From Wallemia ichthyophaga EXF-994 (taxonomy: Eukaryota > Fungi > Basidiomycota), in the NCBI RefSeq assembly GCF_000400465.1, contig NW_008806283.1, forward strand, positions 20,001 to 268,000: a stretch of DNA of 248,000 bases, written 5' to 3'. This document shows, piece by piece, positions 79,025-93,469 of this stretch. Under the pieces are notes generated by a model. That model was not told where the DNA came from. It ran no database searches and saw only the letters and a program-made list of their open reading frames with translations. Made by a program: the position numbers and the translations under genes. Numbering within the stretch: the stretch's first letter is position 1; every line of letters starts with the position of its first letter.

Positions 79025-82000
79025 ATGGTCAAGCGCAAATCAGAGGCAGCAGACACGGCAAACACGCCAAACGCGGCAGACGCGGCATCTGTACTCAAAT
79101 CGGCCTCATCCAAGAAGCACAAAACTTTCGACGACGCTGGCAGTACCAACAACGGCGCTGAGATCGACTTTCCTAGAGGCGGCGGCACTGGTCTTACCAA
79201 CCTCGAAACAGCACAAGCCAAGCAAGAGGGTAGAAGGGATGCCGATAGGGATGTTTCCTCCAAAAAGAAGCCAGCAAAGGTGCGTCCATTCCCCTTCAAA
79301 TCGTGCAATTCTAACACACTCGACAGAAGCCAGCAGCGAAGAAGCCAAAGAGAGATACTCAGAATGATAATGCTATCACTGATAAGATTAGAGTCGAGCA
79401 TCTCAACTACAAGCGGGCTGTGCCTGGTCTCAAAGTACTCGCACAAATCATTCAAATTACTCCAATCGAGCTTATCGTATCTCTCCCAGAGCAGCTCCTT
79501 GCTCACATTCCCATTACAAACATTTCTACACACTTCACAAACCGTTTGGATAACGCGATGAACGATGACAGTGACGATGACAGCGACCAAGAAGAAGACG
79601 CATCCGATAAAGAGGACGACTCTCTCCCTGAGCTAGATGATCTTTTTCATGTCGGTAGCTGGGTGCGTGCCGTCGTTTTACACACCCACAAAGACACAAA
79701 CTCAGGCAGAGTCAAGAAGGAAGGCGAGGAACTCATTAAAGCTTCCCGCAAGCTAGAGCTCACCCTCGATCCACGTAGTGTTAACGAAGGCCTCACCGCT
79801 AAAGACTTTGTCAAGGATTTCACCACCGTCGGTGCTGTCAGAAGTGTTGAGGATCACGGTTATCTGATTGACCTCGGTGTGTCCGACGTTGATGGTTTCG
79901 TCAGCAGTAAAGAAATGAACAAGAGCGGCTTCGATAAAGCCATCGCTGCCCAAGTTGGCGCTTTACTCCCACTGACAGTCACCAGCAAAACAAACAAAGT
80001 CGCAAACCTCACTCCTAACTTACATACTTTCGCTAAATCTTACATGAACGAGGCTAATACGCTCGAGTCTGTCATTCCTGGTGTACTGCTCAACGCTATG
80101 GTCACCGCTGTTCTTCCCGCCGGTCTCAATGTCCGTTTCTACGGTTTCTTTGACGGTACAATCAGTAGAGATCATATCCCATTTGAAAAAAAACCTCTGT
80201 CGGAGCGTTTCCCTGTGGGTAAGAAGATCAAAGCGAGGGTGGTGTTCGATCATCCAACGAGTAACCCCAAGCGGTTCTCCCTATCGCTCCTCCCCCACAT
80301 TGTACACCTCACCAACAGTTTGACGGAAGAGAGCGAGGATGGACAAACAATCTCAGACGCTTTCGCCAGAGGTAGAGTAGTTGAAGGTGTCCAAGTCATC
80401 ATGGTCGAGAGTGAGAAAGGATTGTTTGTGACTATACCTGATAGTACACTCATTGGATTCATACATATCTCGCAAATTGCAGACGACCACACTCCCTCCC
80501 TCAGTAGCAGCAGTGGAGCTACGAAAGTGGGTAGTACGCACACAGCGCGTGTCGTCGGAATAAGCTATGTTGATAAAGTAGTTCAACTCAGTATCAAGCC
80601 GAGCGTGCTACACAAGACGTTCATGAAAGTTTCAGATGCACAAGTGGGAGCTGTTGTAGATGGCACAGTGCGCAAGATGGCCGACGACAGGATGTTCGTA
80701 TCGATTAGTGGCAGTGTGGATGCTATAGTGTGGCCAGTACATTACTCAGATGTGAAGCTCAAACATCCCGAGAAGAAATACAGACCGGATATGAAAGTCA
80801 AGACGCGTATCTTGTCAGCGGAAGCTGACAAGAATAGAATTACGGCTACATTGAAGAAAACACTCGTTAAGAGTGACCTCCCTATCGTCACTAGCTACGA
80901 TCGCTCTCAGAAGAACACTATCACTCACGCTACCGTCTCCTCAATTAAAGAAAAAGGAGCTATTCTGGAATTTTACAATAACGTCAGAGCTTTCTTGCCA
81001 GTGGGAGAGATTAGCGAGAGTTACACTAAACATGCTCAGGATGCACTGCATATCGGACAGGTCGTCAAGGTAGTCATTATCAAGGTAGAGACTGAAGAGG
81101 GGAGAATGATGGCCAGTATACGTAAAACGGTGCCTAAGGAGGAGCGAGATGCTTTGGTGAAGGAGAGAAAGTCTGAGAAAAAGGAGGTGAATGAGGAGAT
81201 GAAGGTGAAGGAGGACGAAGGAGAGCAAGTTGCAGGTGACGAGGATATCGATATTGATAACGCAATAAACGAAAATAGTCAATCTGAATCAGACGGCGAA
81301 GCTGTTGGGTTGCAAGTCGAGGAGGAAAGCTCCGATGAGGAAGACGACGATGTAACGATGGAAGACACCACCAACAAGAAGCCCAAAAAGACTACAAAAG
81401 ACGTCGATTCTCTGAGTACTGGTGGATTCAATTGGGATGGAGAGAACGACAAGAAAGACTTAGAACAAGAAGGCACTAACTCAGACGACTCTGACTCTGA
81501 CAGCGACGCCTACTCTGACGCTAATGACGACGGTAAGCGCAAAAAGAAGCGCAAATCGACGAAGCACTTTGAGGGAGATCTCACCGCGACAATGAACGAA
81601 AAGCCGCCAGAATCCTCCAACGACTTTGAGCGACTACTTCTCGGTTCGCCCAACTCATCCTACGTGTGGATTCAGTATATGTCATTCCAGCTCAACCTCA
81701 GTGAGATAGACAAAGCACGTGAGATTGCCCAGCGTGCACTCAAGACCATCGGGTTCAGAGAGAGTCAAGAGAAGTTCAATGTATGGATAGCGCTACTTAA
81801 CCTGGAAAACACATTTGGGGATGAAGATACATTTGATAAGACATTCAAGGAGGCTGTAAGCTACAATGATCCACTCACAATGCACATGAAGGTGGCGGAT
81901 ATACTCGAGGCGAGTGAAAAATATGACAATGCGAATGAAGTTTATGTGAAAGCGACCAAGAAATTCGGCGCTCATATCATACTCTGGGTGAATTACGCTG

Positions 82001-82478
82001 AGTTTAAATTCCGCGTGGAAGATGCGAATGGAGCGAGAAGTCTGTTGACGAGGTCGCTCAAATCGCTCGACAAGAGGGATCGTGGGTTTAGCTGACTTAA
82101 TTTATTAGCAACAAGACTAACAAACAACCTACAGACGTCGCGTGTATTTCTAAATTCGCTCAGTTGGAGTTCAAAGTGGGCGACGCCGAGCGCGGGAAGA
82201 CAATATTCGAGGGTATTATAGAAAGCCACCCTAAGCAACTCGACCAGTGGTTCGTGTATATAGACATGCTCGCGCGGACAGAGGATGTGGCTGGTCTGCG
82301 CAATGTGTTTGAGAAGCTCCTTGCGCTCAAGCTGTCTACTAAAAAGGCAAAGAGTGTTTTCAAGAAGTGGCTCACCATAGAGAAGGAGATTGGTGATGAA
82401 AATGGTGTGAGGGATGTCAAGCAGCGTGCCGTCGCGTGGAATGAGCAGCGTGAACAACATGGCCAGCACGATGAATAA
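79025..82478 (+). CDS. RRP5: rRNA biogenesis protein Rrp5
   Basis: DFPRGGG, S1 repeats, FERLLLGSPNSSYVWI HAT repeats. Confidence 0.95.
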
Positions 82479-82548
82479 TTAGTAGATGGAGAGGGAGTGT
82501 ATTTATTTATTTAATCCATTTATAGATGCATATTACAAAGTGCTCAGA

Positions 82549-83915
82549 TTACATCTCCTCCGTCCATCCCTGGATAGCACTAATAGCGAGCTCTTGGGGA
82601 ACAGGTCTGAATCGACTCCAGCTGTCTTCTATGTTCAAACTCTCTCCCTGTGTGTCGACACCGAGCATATTCGAGTGCCACGCCTTAGGTCTACTACCAT
82701 CGACAAACAAGAAACCCAAACCCATTAAAAACGGCGACTGCTTATACCACAAAGCTGCGACTCTATCAAAGTAAGTGGCTAATTGACCATCTGGTTTGGT
82801 AGTAGAGCCGCTATTACCAGAAGGGGCATCTGGCATACCTTTTTCCGAGGCGTATGTAAGAGTGACAGAAACTAAATTTGGGAGGTGATCGATGAACGCG
82901 CAGCTGAAGCGAATCTCACCAACGAGACGTTCCTCGAGTGTAAGTTCAGGCGGAGCGAGGGCATTAGTGTTACCTATAGCTAGGCTGGAGAGTGTGTTTT
83001 TGAAAGGAGCGAGAGAGCTAACGATGTCAAGGAAGTCCATAGTGAAGAGTGTTTCATAGGCGAAGGATGTGAGGGGACGTCCCTCCAATACTTTTAGTGT
83101 AGACTGCACTTCCTCGAGACTCGAGTCACCGTCTTTATGTGGGATGTAGCGCAATCTCTTGAGACCCGGTGCGGTACCGTCGCTGCCAAGCTCCACTATA
83201 TCGTCGGAACGACCCTCGAAAAGTTCCAACAGAGGCAGTGAGCCATCTGGCAAGTCTTCCAGGGCTTCCGAAGACTCAAGTTGGTCGTTGGGGAGGCGCA
83301 ATTGACGTAGGTTGCGGGAATTCTCGAGACAGCTTCCTAGCACGGATTTGTTGGGGATGGAGCCTCTGATGGAGAGCGATTCGAGAGTGTGGATGGGTGG
83401 TAGGCGAAGATCACTCCACAAACCCTCGTTAGTAAGAATGGAGAGATCTTTGAGCTTCCTGAGAGTAGCTAAGGAATAGAGAAGTCGCTGGAATGACTCT
83501 TTCTCGGCGTGTGTCCACGTCGATGGACTGATAAGCTGGATAGCAACAGACTCGAGCTTTTGTAAACGTACTATCAATTCAGATAGCTCAGAATGGTCTG
83601 CTATGTCCATGCTGGAATCCAGCTCACGTTTCAAATCAGATTCTTGTTGGGTGGTTGGATTGCCTACGACTAAAGAAAGGTGGTGTACGGACTGGCAGTT
83701 GCGGGAAGAGAATAGGCCGGATTGAATGACTTTTGAGGTGTAGACGCCAGCTTCAAGGCTGAACAAACGCAGTTGGATGTTACTCAGGATAATGCTCTTG
83801 GATAGTTCAAGTAAGCGCTTGTTGGTTGTTCTAAGAGAGTAGACAGAGTCCAAGTCAAGGTAATCGTCTATTATATGGCTAATAATTTCATCGGGCAGGT
83901 CCAGGAATCCTCTCA
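82549..83915 (-). CDS. F-box/LRR-like protein
   Basis: FLDLPDEIISHII..L F-box. Confidence 0.65.
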
Positions 83916-84025
83916 TGGTTGTTATGTGCCTGGGGAGACCAGGAGAGACACCAAGCGAGAAGGCAGAAGTTTTTAATGTTTGATAGGAATAAAGATTAGA
84001 TATAAGATAAGGTAGAAACGTATTG

Positions 84026-84640
84026 TTACAAAGATGGTTGGCCACCTTGGATGAAGTTCTGAATAGTTGAGTTGTGGATTGGAGGATTGTGAGGTTGGAT
84101 ATGATTATTACTATTGCTATTACTGTGACTATGGCTATAACTGCGTCGGTGGCTTTGTCTGCCACTCCAATTTGAGCTTGAGCTGCTGCTAGTTGTGCTT
84201 GTTGTGCTACTGATGGATTTGATTTGAGTAGAATTGGACTGTGAGTATCTGTGACTGTGGTGATGGCTATTATTTCCAGGCTTAGAATCCACGCCGCTAC
84301 CCAACTTGAATCTCCCAAGCGATCGTTTAAAGAAGGCGCCGAGGCCACCGTGGCTTACTTGAAAATCATCCACAGGCTCACTATCATCAACAACCTTCTT
84401 CTTCTTGCCTCTCTTTCTCCTGTGCTTATCGTCGTGGTCATGATGCTCATGCTCATCATCGAGCTCAGTGATCCCGCCAATCAGACTATTCAACTCAGCC
84501 AGTTTTGCCTCCTTCTTGGCCTGCCGTTGTCTCTCTAGGTGCTGCTGATGAAGTGCTTTGCTGGCTTCTGTAGAGGACACCAAGTATCCATCGCAGGTGG
84601 ATTCTGTAGGCAGTGGCAGTTGCAGTTTATCTCTGTGCAT
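84026..84640 (-). CDS. Hypothetical low-complexity protein
   Basis: 204-aa ORF. Confidence 0.4.
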   Translation of the reverse strand: MHRDKLQLPLPTESTCDGYLVSSTEASKALHQQHLERQRQAKKEAKLAELNSLIGGITELDDEHEHHDHDDKHRRKRGKKKKVVDDSEPVDDFQVSHGGLGAFFKRSLGRFKLGSGVDSKPGNNSHHHSHRYSQSNSTQIKSISSTTSTTSSSSSSNWSGRQSHRRSYSHSHSNSNSNNHIQPHNPPIHNSTIQNFIQGGQPSL

Positions 84641-85125
84641 TCGGGTATATGATAGTTGTTGGTCGTAGTGTTAGCTAAACAAGTTGAATAGTTTCCGGTT
84701 TCGTATTCGATTAGTTACATCGGCCAAGACATGCAGACTGGCAGATACTTGCCATGTGATTTGCTTGTGTATAACGCGTAAATCGTGCTTGTTCTACGCG
84801 TGTATCATCCTCACAGACGCACCTTCCCTTCCCAGATCACCTCCCATGCCTTTCCACTTTCGCGTCTGACAGCCAGGCACTGACTTAACTGACAGCTGCT
84901 TTGCATCACCTGACTGCATCTGCATATGCACCTGCACCCGCTCTAGCTGACACAAATACAATCCACTCTCATGCAGGGTATAAGTGGGGTGTAGATCCAC
85001 GCACCCCAAAAAAAAACTCAAAGTAAAAGTAATTCATTGCATGTGTCGATGATTAACATGTCGTTAAGAGTGTCGTAACTTGCGTTATTGCATATTTATT
85101 AGTGTTTATGGTTATTCAAACTGAG

Positions 85126-85635
85126 CTACTGCACAACAAGCACAGGTAGCTTGGTCTGCTCAATCACCGCACTGCTCACGCTCTCGCTAAACAGTTTCTT
85201 CCATTTCCCGAGAATCCTTCTGCCCACGATAACAAGATTGACGTGATGGTAATTGCACACTCTAGGAATAGTGCTCTTAGGATCACCATGTGCGACGTGG
85301 ATAGTCATCTCAATCCCCTTCTTCTGCTCTTGAAGTGTCGCTGTCACTTCTTCCCTCCTCAACTTGAGCTTGTCGAGGGCGACTTGGCGATCCCTAAAGA
85401 ATGCATTGATACGCGGATCAATTGCAGCTCCATCAGTCTTTGCCTCGTCAACACCGACGTAGATTGAATAATCCAAGTGTCTCTCTAGTGGTTTAAGAAT
85501 CGTCACCAGGAACAAATGATCTCCGCTCTGAGTGAGGTTCTCCAAATAATACTCAAGCGCTCCAATAGACTCTGCACTCTCGTCGTACGCTATCAGAACA
85601 CGACGAGTATCACTGCCAAGCTCATGCCCAGACAC
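85126..85635 (-). CDS. Universal stress protein (Usp)
   Basis: RVLIAYDES, GDP, IVGRR, SVSSAV..PVLVV. Confidence 0.85.
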   Translation of the reverse strand: MSGHELGSDTRRVLIAYDESAESIGALEYYLENLTQSGDHLFLVTILKPLERHLDYSIYVGVDEAKTDGAAIDPRINAFFRDRQVALDKLKLRREEVTATLQEQKKGIEMTIHVAHGDPKSTIPRVCNYHHVNLVIVGRRILGKWKKLFSESVSSAVIEQTKLPVLVVQ

Positions 85636-86061
85636 ACCCTTTACCGTGTGGTGCTCTGTTAATGGCAGTGAAGGTTCTCTTGCGCGAATTGGATCTGTGT
85701 TTGTTTAGCAACTCAAACTCCCGCTAAACGTACACTCATCGATTACCTGGTGGAATTTCCTCTTGGCCCTCTTTTTCAGGGAACTTGGACGCTTTTACTG
85801 AGCTATTGCCGAATATGTTGACCATTATGTGTTGCGTGTTCGTGACTGTTACAATTCACACTATATATCCCATATTAACCCACCTCCTTCTCACGCTGCA
85901 CATCTGACCAGCAAGACATTCATGACATAACCTCCAAGACATTAATAATGCTTTTCACTCTCACCAATAGAGTTTCAATAAATTATATTTGTATGTGTAT
86001 TGTATTGTGTATATTACAAATGACAACAAAGTCAATAAAGCAAACAAAGATGAAAATTTAG

Positions 86062-87496
86062 CTATAAATCAAGTTCCATGTGACATTTGAGTATCCAAAT
86101 CAACTCACACCTACTTGGCAAAGACTTCCTTCCTTGACGGCGAGTTAGCTCTGGTGTTGGGTCGGTGAGAAGCCGGTGTATTATGAGAACTACCTCCCGC
86201 ATTAGCGTTAGGTTGAGGTGTAGAGTGATTGCTATAATCCATACTTTCATCATCCTCATCTTCCCTGTCATCTCTATCATAACTCGTATTGTTACTATTG
86301 CTATTGCGCGTGTTGTGTTGTCCCAACTTGCCCCCTGTCCCGTTTTGTCCAGACTTGCGCAGGTATCGCTGTCGTACTTGGTGGTACGAGCGAGTTCCCA
86401 CCATCTTGCTCACCGCATCCCATTTCTGTCCATGGATTGACACCGCTTTCGCGAGGAGCGCATCTTCCGCACCTGTCCACTTAGTGTATGGCGCACGCGA
86501 ATTGTTCGAAGGTCCCACTGGTCGCATTGAAGTGAACCCAGCTGGTGGGATGCTGAATGCTGCCGATGGGTGATGCGAGGGGTGTTGCTGCATTGGATGA
86601 GGGGCGACAATTGAAGGTGGAGGTTGAGGTGTATTTTGTGTGTGTTTTGTAAGTTGTGTGTGTTGTATTTGTGGTGTTTGTCCTTCCTGTACGCTTTGTA
86701 CTCCCGCTCCTTGCTGTGGATGCACTACTGCCTGTTGAGGCATTGGAGGTGTCGCACTCACCCCTAAACCACTCATTCCCACTCCCGGCTCAGTCTTTAC
86801 GCGTGGGCTGCTTGCATCCGTCTTAGGTGTGCCCCATGTGAGTCGCTTCTTCGTTGGGGATTCAACAGGCGAAGAGGGCGTCGGCGGGGAGCTGCCTCTC
86901 AGTCGCAGTGGTGGTCCCAACTCGTTGATATGCTCTCTATCCTTCTCGAGTGCGTTCAGCTTAGGTGGCAGCGCATACGAGCTCGTCGGTGTTTCATTAT
87001 TGCTCTGTTCCACTGCGTGATCGGCGAGAAAATCAAGCGCCGACCCCTTGTTGTCCTGCTGCTGCTCCTTCATCTGTGTTGTTGGTTTCGTTGGACTCGA
87101 ATTGTAGTGTAGATATGGATCCTCGTTCCTGTTCTCCCCACCAGTAACGTAATTCTTTCTGTCAGTGCTGTTAGATATGGTGTTGATTGCTGGTAGTCTT
87201 CTTCGCTTCGGCGAGGTTTGAGGGGATGGGGAGTATGGTCGAGGCTTGGTAGGCGATCTGCTCACACTGCGCCCGTGCTGGTTGTCAAAGACGGAAGTAG
87301 CTGCATTTATGAGATTCTCTATGCCATTGTGCTGCTGCTGTTTGGGCGTGGAGGATGACGCACTGTGCATGGCTTTGCGCCGCGATATCTGCTTGGGTTG
87401 GAGCGATGACTGTTCTTCAGGGTTATTGGATTTGCGAATAAGCGTGTTTAAACGTTTGGAAGCAAGGAGTAGATGCTCAGCGCGTGCGTCACCCAT
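86062..87496 (-). CDS. Myb/SANT domain protein
   Basis: KWTGAEDALL..HGQKWDAVSKMVGTRSYHQVRQRY. Confidence 0.8.
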
Positions 87497-87559
87497 CCCA
87501 TACTGATCAGAGCGTGAACCATCACCGTCATGCCAAGCAGCGTCTTTCCAGGCCTCAAT

Positions 87560-88108
87560 ACCTGGATGAGCTTTGGTGATGAGCGTAGCGCGTATCTGAC
87601 GTAATTCATTTTCTAATCTATTCGCCCTACGTAAGGCTTCCTCGAGCTGTCTCTGGTGTTAAAAAAAAAAAAAGCGGAAATAAAAAAAAGCACCAACCTT
87701 ATTTTTAAGAACACGCTTATCGCCAACTAGCATTCTGTTCTCAGATTGAATATCTTGGTGAAGTACAGAGGTACCTTGAGGCTCAATCTCATCGTGAGCT
87801 TCCCAGCGAGTGAGGCGTGCATCCCATCGAGATCTCTCCAATTTCCAAGAAAGAGCTTCGGCTTGCCTCTTCAACGACTCCAGCTCAATTTTATCGATAT
87901 TGTTATTTGTGTGAATTGATTGTTTTGACAGTGTGTTTGAAGATTCAATAGCGTGATTTAATAATTTCAGTGAAGTGGCGTATAGGAATGGTGCATCCCC
88001 GTGTTTGTCATCTAATACCGCTCTTAACCCACTCAACTCACTCAAACTCAATAGATTTCCCCCTGGCTCCGATGGCTCAGAAATAGGTGATGGCGGGTTC
88101 TTGCTCAT
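87560..88108 (-). CDS. Hypothetical protein
   Basis: ORF plus probable second exon. Confidence 0.4.
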
Positions 88109-88409
88109 TGGTCGTTCTAGTCTAAGATATAATTTCCTGTAACTTCCTTATTTAGCAATTATTTTATATATTCGGCGTGTTTGGCGATTTGTTAATTTGA
88201 TTTTGTGATGGTGGATACTCAATCAACTTAACATTTTGATTTCTGAGATTTGATTTTTTATTTTTTATAAATATAAAGATGAGTAGAATTTGGAAATTCA
88301 GGTGTTATAGCTGCTAAGCTACATACTCGTACAACTCACACACTCAAATCTCTACTCCCTGTTATTCCCATCTATCACCCCAACCACCATCATTTAAATT
88401 ACTTTTAAA

Positions 88410-91005
88410 ATGCAATTGGATGTAAAAGTGAGGCTATCGGAATACACAAGACACCCTTAACACCCCCTCACAGCGACAATTCTTTAATCGCAGTGAACGT
88501 GTCAAATCGGTCGATTTCCATCCAACAGAACCTTGGTTATTGGCTGGTTTGTATAATGGATCTGTTGTCATTTACAATACATCCACCAATAACCCTGTAA
88601 AATCATTCGAAGTCACCGATGTTCCCGTACGCTGCGTACGCTTCATCCCAAGAAAGAATTGGTTTGTTGCTGGCTCTGATGATTTCCAATTGAGGTTAGT
88701 GGCTAATTGTTATGATTCCCATCCTCTCACTCTCCCCCTTTAGATGCTTCAACTACAACACCTCGGACAAGATCTCTTCCTTTGAGGCTCACCCAGATTA
88801 TATCCGCGCTTTGGCTGTACACCCAACTCTCCCATACGTTATCACTGGTTCTGACGATATGTCCATCAAGCTCTGGAATTGGGAGAAGCAATGGCGCTGT
88901 CAGCACATCTTTGAAGGCCATACGCACTACATCATGAATATTGTCTTCAATCCAAAGGATACCAACACCTTCGCTTCTGCTTGCTTAGATAGGACTGTAA
89001 AAGTCTGGTCTTTGGGCGCTGTAAATGCCAATTTTACCTTAGAAGCACACGATAAGGGTGTAAATTATGTCGAGTACTATCACGGCAACGATAAACCCTA
89101 TATCGTTACTACCGGTGATGATAGACTTGTCAAGGTCTGGGATTACCACTCTAAATCTCTCGTTCAGTCTATGGAAGGTCACACTTCAAACGTCTCATTC
89201 GCCATATTCCACCCTTCCCTACCACTTATCATTTCTGGCGCTGAAGATGGCACTGTTAAGGTGTGGAACAGCAGCACTTACAGACTCGAGCAGACTTTGA
89301 ACTACGGTCTAGAGAGAGCTTGGTCGGTTGCTTATTCAAAGTCTATCAATGACGTCGCTGTCGGTTTTGATGAGGGTGCTGTAGTTTTCAAGGTGAGCAA
89401 CTGTGTTCTATAGGCACTCACACTCACACTCAACAGCTCGGTCGCGAAGATCCAACCTTCTCAATGGACTCCTCTGGTAAAGTCATCTACTCACGCAACA
89501 GTGAAATCTTCGGTGCAAATCTTCAAACACTCGACCAAGATGACCTCGTCGATGGCCAGCGTATACCATCTCAAGCTCGTGAACTCGGTAATACTGAGGT
89601 TTTCCCACAATCAATTCAACACTCACCCAACGGTCGCTTTGTGACGGTTTGTGGTGATGGCGAATACATCATCTACACTGCACTCGCATGGCGCAACAAA
89701 TCATTCGGTCTCGCTACATCCTTCGCTTGGGCTGGAGATAGCAACACGTACGCAGTACGCGAACCAAGTGGAAAGCTACGTGTTTTTAAGAATTTTAAAG
89801 AGAAGAATGCCCCTAAGGTAGCCAATAATACGGGTGGAATTACTAGTGTTTTTGGCGGTTCACTTCTTGGTATTGCCGGGAATGGTTGGATTATGTTCTG
89901 TGATTGGGAGAGTGGAGATATAGTAAGATGGATTGAAGTAGATGCCTCGCAAGTGAGCTGGTCACCTAATGGCGACTACGTTGCCATTATTTCCCCTGAC
90001 TCCGCCTACATGCTCCAATTTAACCGCGATGCATACGATCAACACGTTGCGAATGGTGCTGATTTCGGTGATGAGGGTGACGAAGAAGCATTCGAGGTTG
90101 TTTCAGAAATCAGCGACTCAATCAGTACTTGTAAATGGCTCGGTGATTGTCTCATCTACGTATCGACGTTAAACAGATTATGTTATGTGTTGGGTCATAA
90201 GTCCCAGCCACTCAATCACTTTGACGGGCCGCAGTATCTCCTCGGATACATTGGTACTCAGAACCGCATCTATGTGATGGACAAAGATCTTCAAATCAGG
90301 TCATACGCACTCGCGAAATCGCTCATTGAATATGAATCAGCTATCCTCAGCCAGGACTTTACCCTCGCAGAAAACATCCTTCCTAGGATACCAGCCGATC
90401 AGAAGAACAGGATAGCAAGATTTTTGGAAGACGAGGGATTGAAAGAGTTAGCGATGAGCGTGGCAACAGACCCAGACCAGAAATTTGACCTAGCAGTAGA
90501 ACTCGGCAAGCTCGACGAAGGCAATGCGCTAGCTAGTCAGTCAGTGTCTGCAGATTCGCAGAACAAGTGGCGCACATTGGGCGACAAGGCACTCGAGAAA
90601 TGGGATATCAGTCTATCTGTGGAGTGTTACAAAAAGGCAAGCGACCTCGAAGCGTTGCTATTAGTATATACAAGCAGTGGCGATAAGGGCGGTATGCAGG
90701 AACTAGCAGAATTGGCGATACAAGCCGGACAGAATAACATCGCATTCGCCGCACTCTTACAACTGGGACAGCCGGGCGAGTGTGTTGATTGCCTCCTGCG
90801 TAATCAACGTTACGCAGAGGCTGGACTATTCGCTAGTACGTATTGCCGAGACAAGATTCAAGAGTGTACAGCAGCGTGGAAGAGCAGCTTGTTGGGGGAG
90901 AAGAAGGATAAGATTGCAAAATCTATCGGTGATCCTGAAAACCAGCCTGAATTGTTCAGCAATAGCAATAGCAATAGCCATAATAATCTGATCGATGTTG
91001 AGTAG
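88410..91005 (+). CDS. SEC27: Coatomer beta' subunit
   Basis: [24 protein letters not shown] repeats. Confidence 0.97.
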
Positions 91006-91586
91006 ATGTAAAATGAATTTTGTCTCTTTTAAGTAATTTAGCTCTTTTAATGACCGCATCGGAATAAAGATCGGCAATTAGATAAATTACGCAAATGTCT
91101 TAATTTAATTCGCCGGAAGTGCTCTTAATTAGGTGGGCGTGCAAAATTTTCACAGGTGCACAGAAGGACCTAAGAAGTCCGCCTGGACGTAGAATGCAAT
91201 TGAAAAAGCACACTACTATATTCGGTTGCAATTTCCGATGACACTTACTATATTTAGCATGCATTCTTCACACTGGGTTGTGATATCATCACATCGCCGT
91301 TCTTCGTCCTTCGTTCTGGATTGGCATGTATTGAGAATGAGTTGAGTCAACCGATAGCCGCTTACAATCCTAACAACAACCAACAGCCGCTAAAGGAGGA
91401 GCAACAGACAAAGAAAGCCACTCGATGAAATCTGATAATAAATCGCAGACGCAGAGCAATAAGGTTTGTGGAGGTATTTGATCGGTGTGAACTGCTGCTA
91501 ATAACGCCTACAGTCTAGTACTTCTGTACAGGCTAACAACCGCAACGATATCGCGATACAAACGTCACCAGCACTCTACGACAACA

Positions 91587-93289
91587 GTGATGGCCTTCTC
91601 GGTCCGTCGAGCACGTCGCTCCATCAGCAACACCAGCCACATCAGGGCGTATATCTCAATCGCAGCAACTCTCACGCAGACGGCCGCTCGCGCTCTGTAT
91701 CCTTCGCCAGCACAGCGGCACCATCGCGTGTTTCACCAAATGATCCCTATGCCGCGTTTAGATCAAAGTCTACAATATCCTTAGCGCTGCCTACGGGTGA
91801 TGCTATCGAGGTCGAGGATGAGCCTGACCAGCTCCCAGAGCACAAGGAGAGTCGCGAGAAGACGCCGTCTCCCCAGCAGCCATCGACGCGGATACAGATA
91901 TTTAAGAGGATGTGCATCATCAATCTTGTGGCTTTCTCTTTCGGTATCGATGCCACGCTTTGGCTGCCAAGTGTCTACAGCTTCATTCTCACAGTGCGTC
92001 CGAACGACGCGGACAAATATCTCGCTGTGACACAGGCTGTCAGCGCACTCGCGCAGCTCATAGTCTCCCTCAGCATCGGTGTCTTTGCAGCAAAAGTGCG
92101 CTCGCTGAAATGGACCATCGTCGTCTGTATCTCGCTATCGTTCGCTGGTAACTTCCTCTATTCGTGCGCAGGTGTCGGTGCGATTGGCAATGTAGGGGCG
92201 ATTATAGGCGGTAGGATTCTCTGCGGTGTGGCTTCCGGCAGCTCTGGTCTCGCGATGGGTTTTATCGCCATTTCCACAGCCAACGTCGATAGACTGGAGG
92301 CGCTTTCGCAGTACAGAACGTATGCGGGTATAGCGCTAGTGCTCGGTCCTGCTCTCAACGCCCTCTTCGGTCTGATCGATGTCCAGATTGGGAACTACCA
92401 GGTCAACGAGAACAACGCACCGACATACTGTTCTTCGTTTATCATGGCCTTTCTCTCAATCCTACTCGCAGTCTTCCTCAGCAACAAGACTAAACCAGCT
92501 CCGAACCCGATCTTACCTGCTATCGAGTTCTTCAGGAGAGGCCACTACGGACCATCGCTGATCATCCTCTGTTCCATGCTCAGCAGCTCTTATGTCTCCG
92601 CTCTCATCCTTTACGTACTCCCAGACCGTCTCAGCAGTTTCTGGGGCTTCAGCACGGGTGTGCAGGCTGGATTGCAAACAGCAGTCTATGCAGCAGGCTT
92701 AATTGGTAGTCTGCTCAGCTCGTACATTCGTGACGGACTAGGACGACTTGTCCTCAAGATCACCTCATGGAAGGTGGGCGTCGATCGAGTAACGCTTCTC
92801 GAGCGCGCCAAGACAGACGGCGGCGTGAGCGCCGGTGCGCCTCTCTATACGGGTATTGGACTGGAGATTCTACTTGGTATTGTATCCTTCATGTGGGTCA
92901 GTCTAGGGTTAATAGCGATGATGATCTCGTTCGGATGCGATTTCGCTTATGACAGCTCACAAGCGGGCACTGCAGCAGGATTTCTTATCGGATGTGCTAT
93001 CGTTATGGTTGGATATAACATCCAAGCAGCCGTCCTGCCCACTCTGTTCTCCAAATCACTGCCAAATGACCTCAGAGTCAGTCTCACCCCATGGTACGGC
93101 GCTACGGTGGCCATGGGCAAGATTCTCGCACCGCTTATCACGGAGGCTATCACTGGTGCTACACCTACTGGCGGTCGCACGGGTGGGAACCAGCTCGGCG
93201 GATATGCGTTGGCACTGGGCGTTAGCGCTATAGGTGTAGTAACTACCTATTGGGTGAAATATCACCTGTCGCATGCTACAGCGTCGTAA
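91587..93289 (+). CDS. MFS transporter (MFSD8-like)
   Basis: 12 TM, GRILCGVASG. Confidence 0.8.
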
Positions 93290-93469
93290 TCTGGTGTGGC
93301 TTACATTTTCATACATGCATACACACACTCACGCTTACACCCATATTCAACTCTCACACCCCCTTGACATACGGATATACACAGCAGACAGCAGACAGCA
93401 CACAGCACGCGTAATTTATTACATATTTTTTACTCGGATAGAAAATAATAACACATTTCCATCTTCATA

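Noticed and set aside
78889-79590. 233-aa minus-strand ORF
   Set aside because: Antisense to the 5' end of RRP5; no motif.
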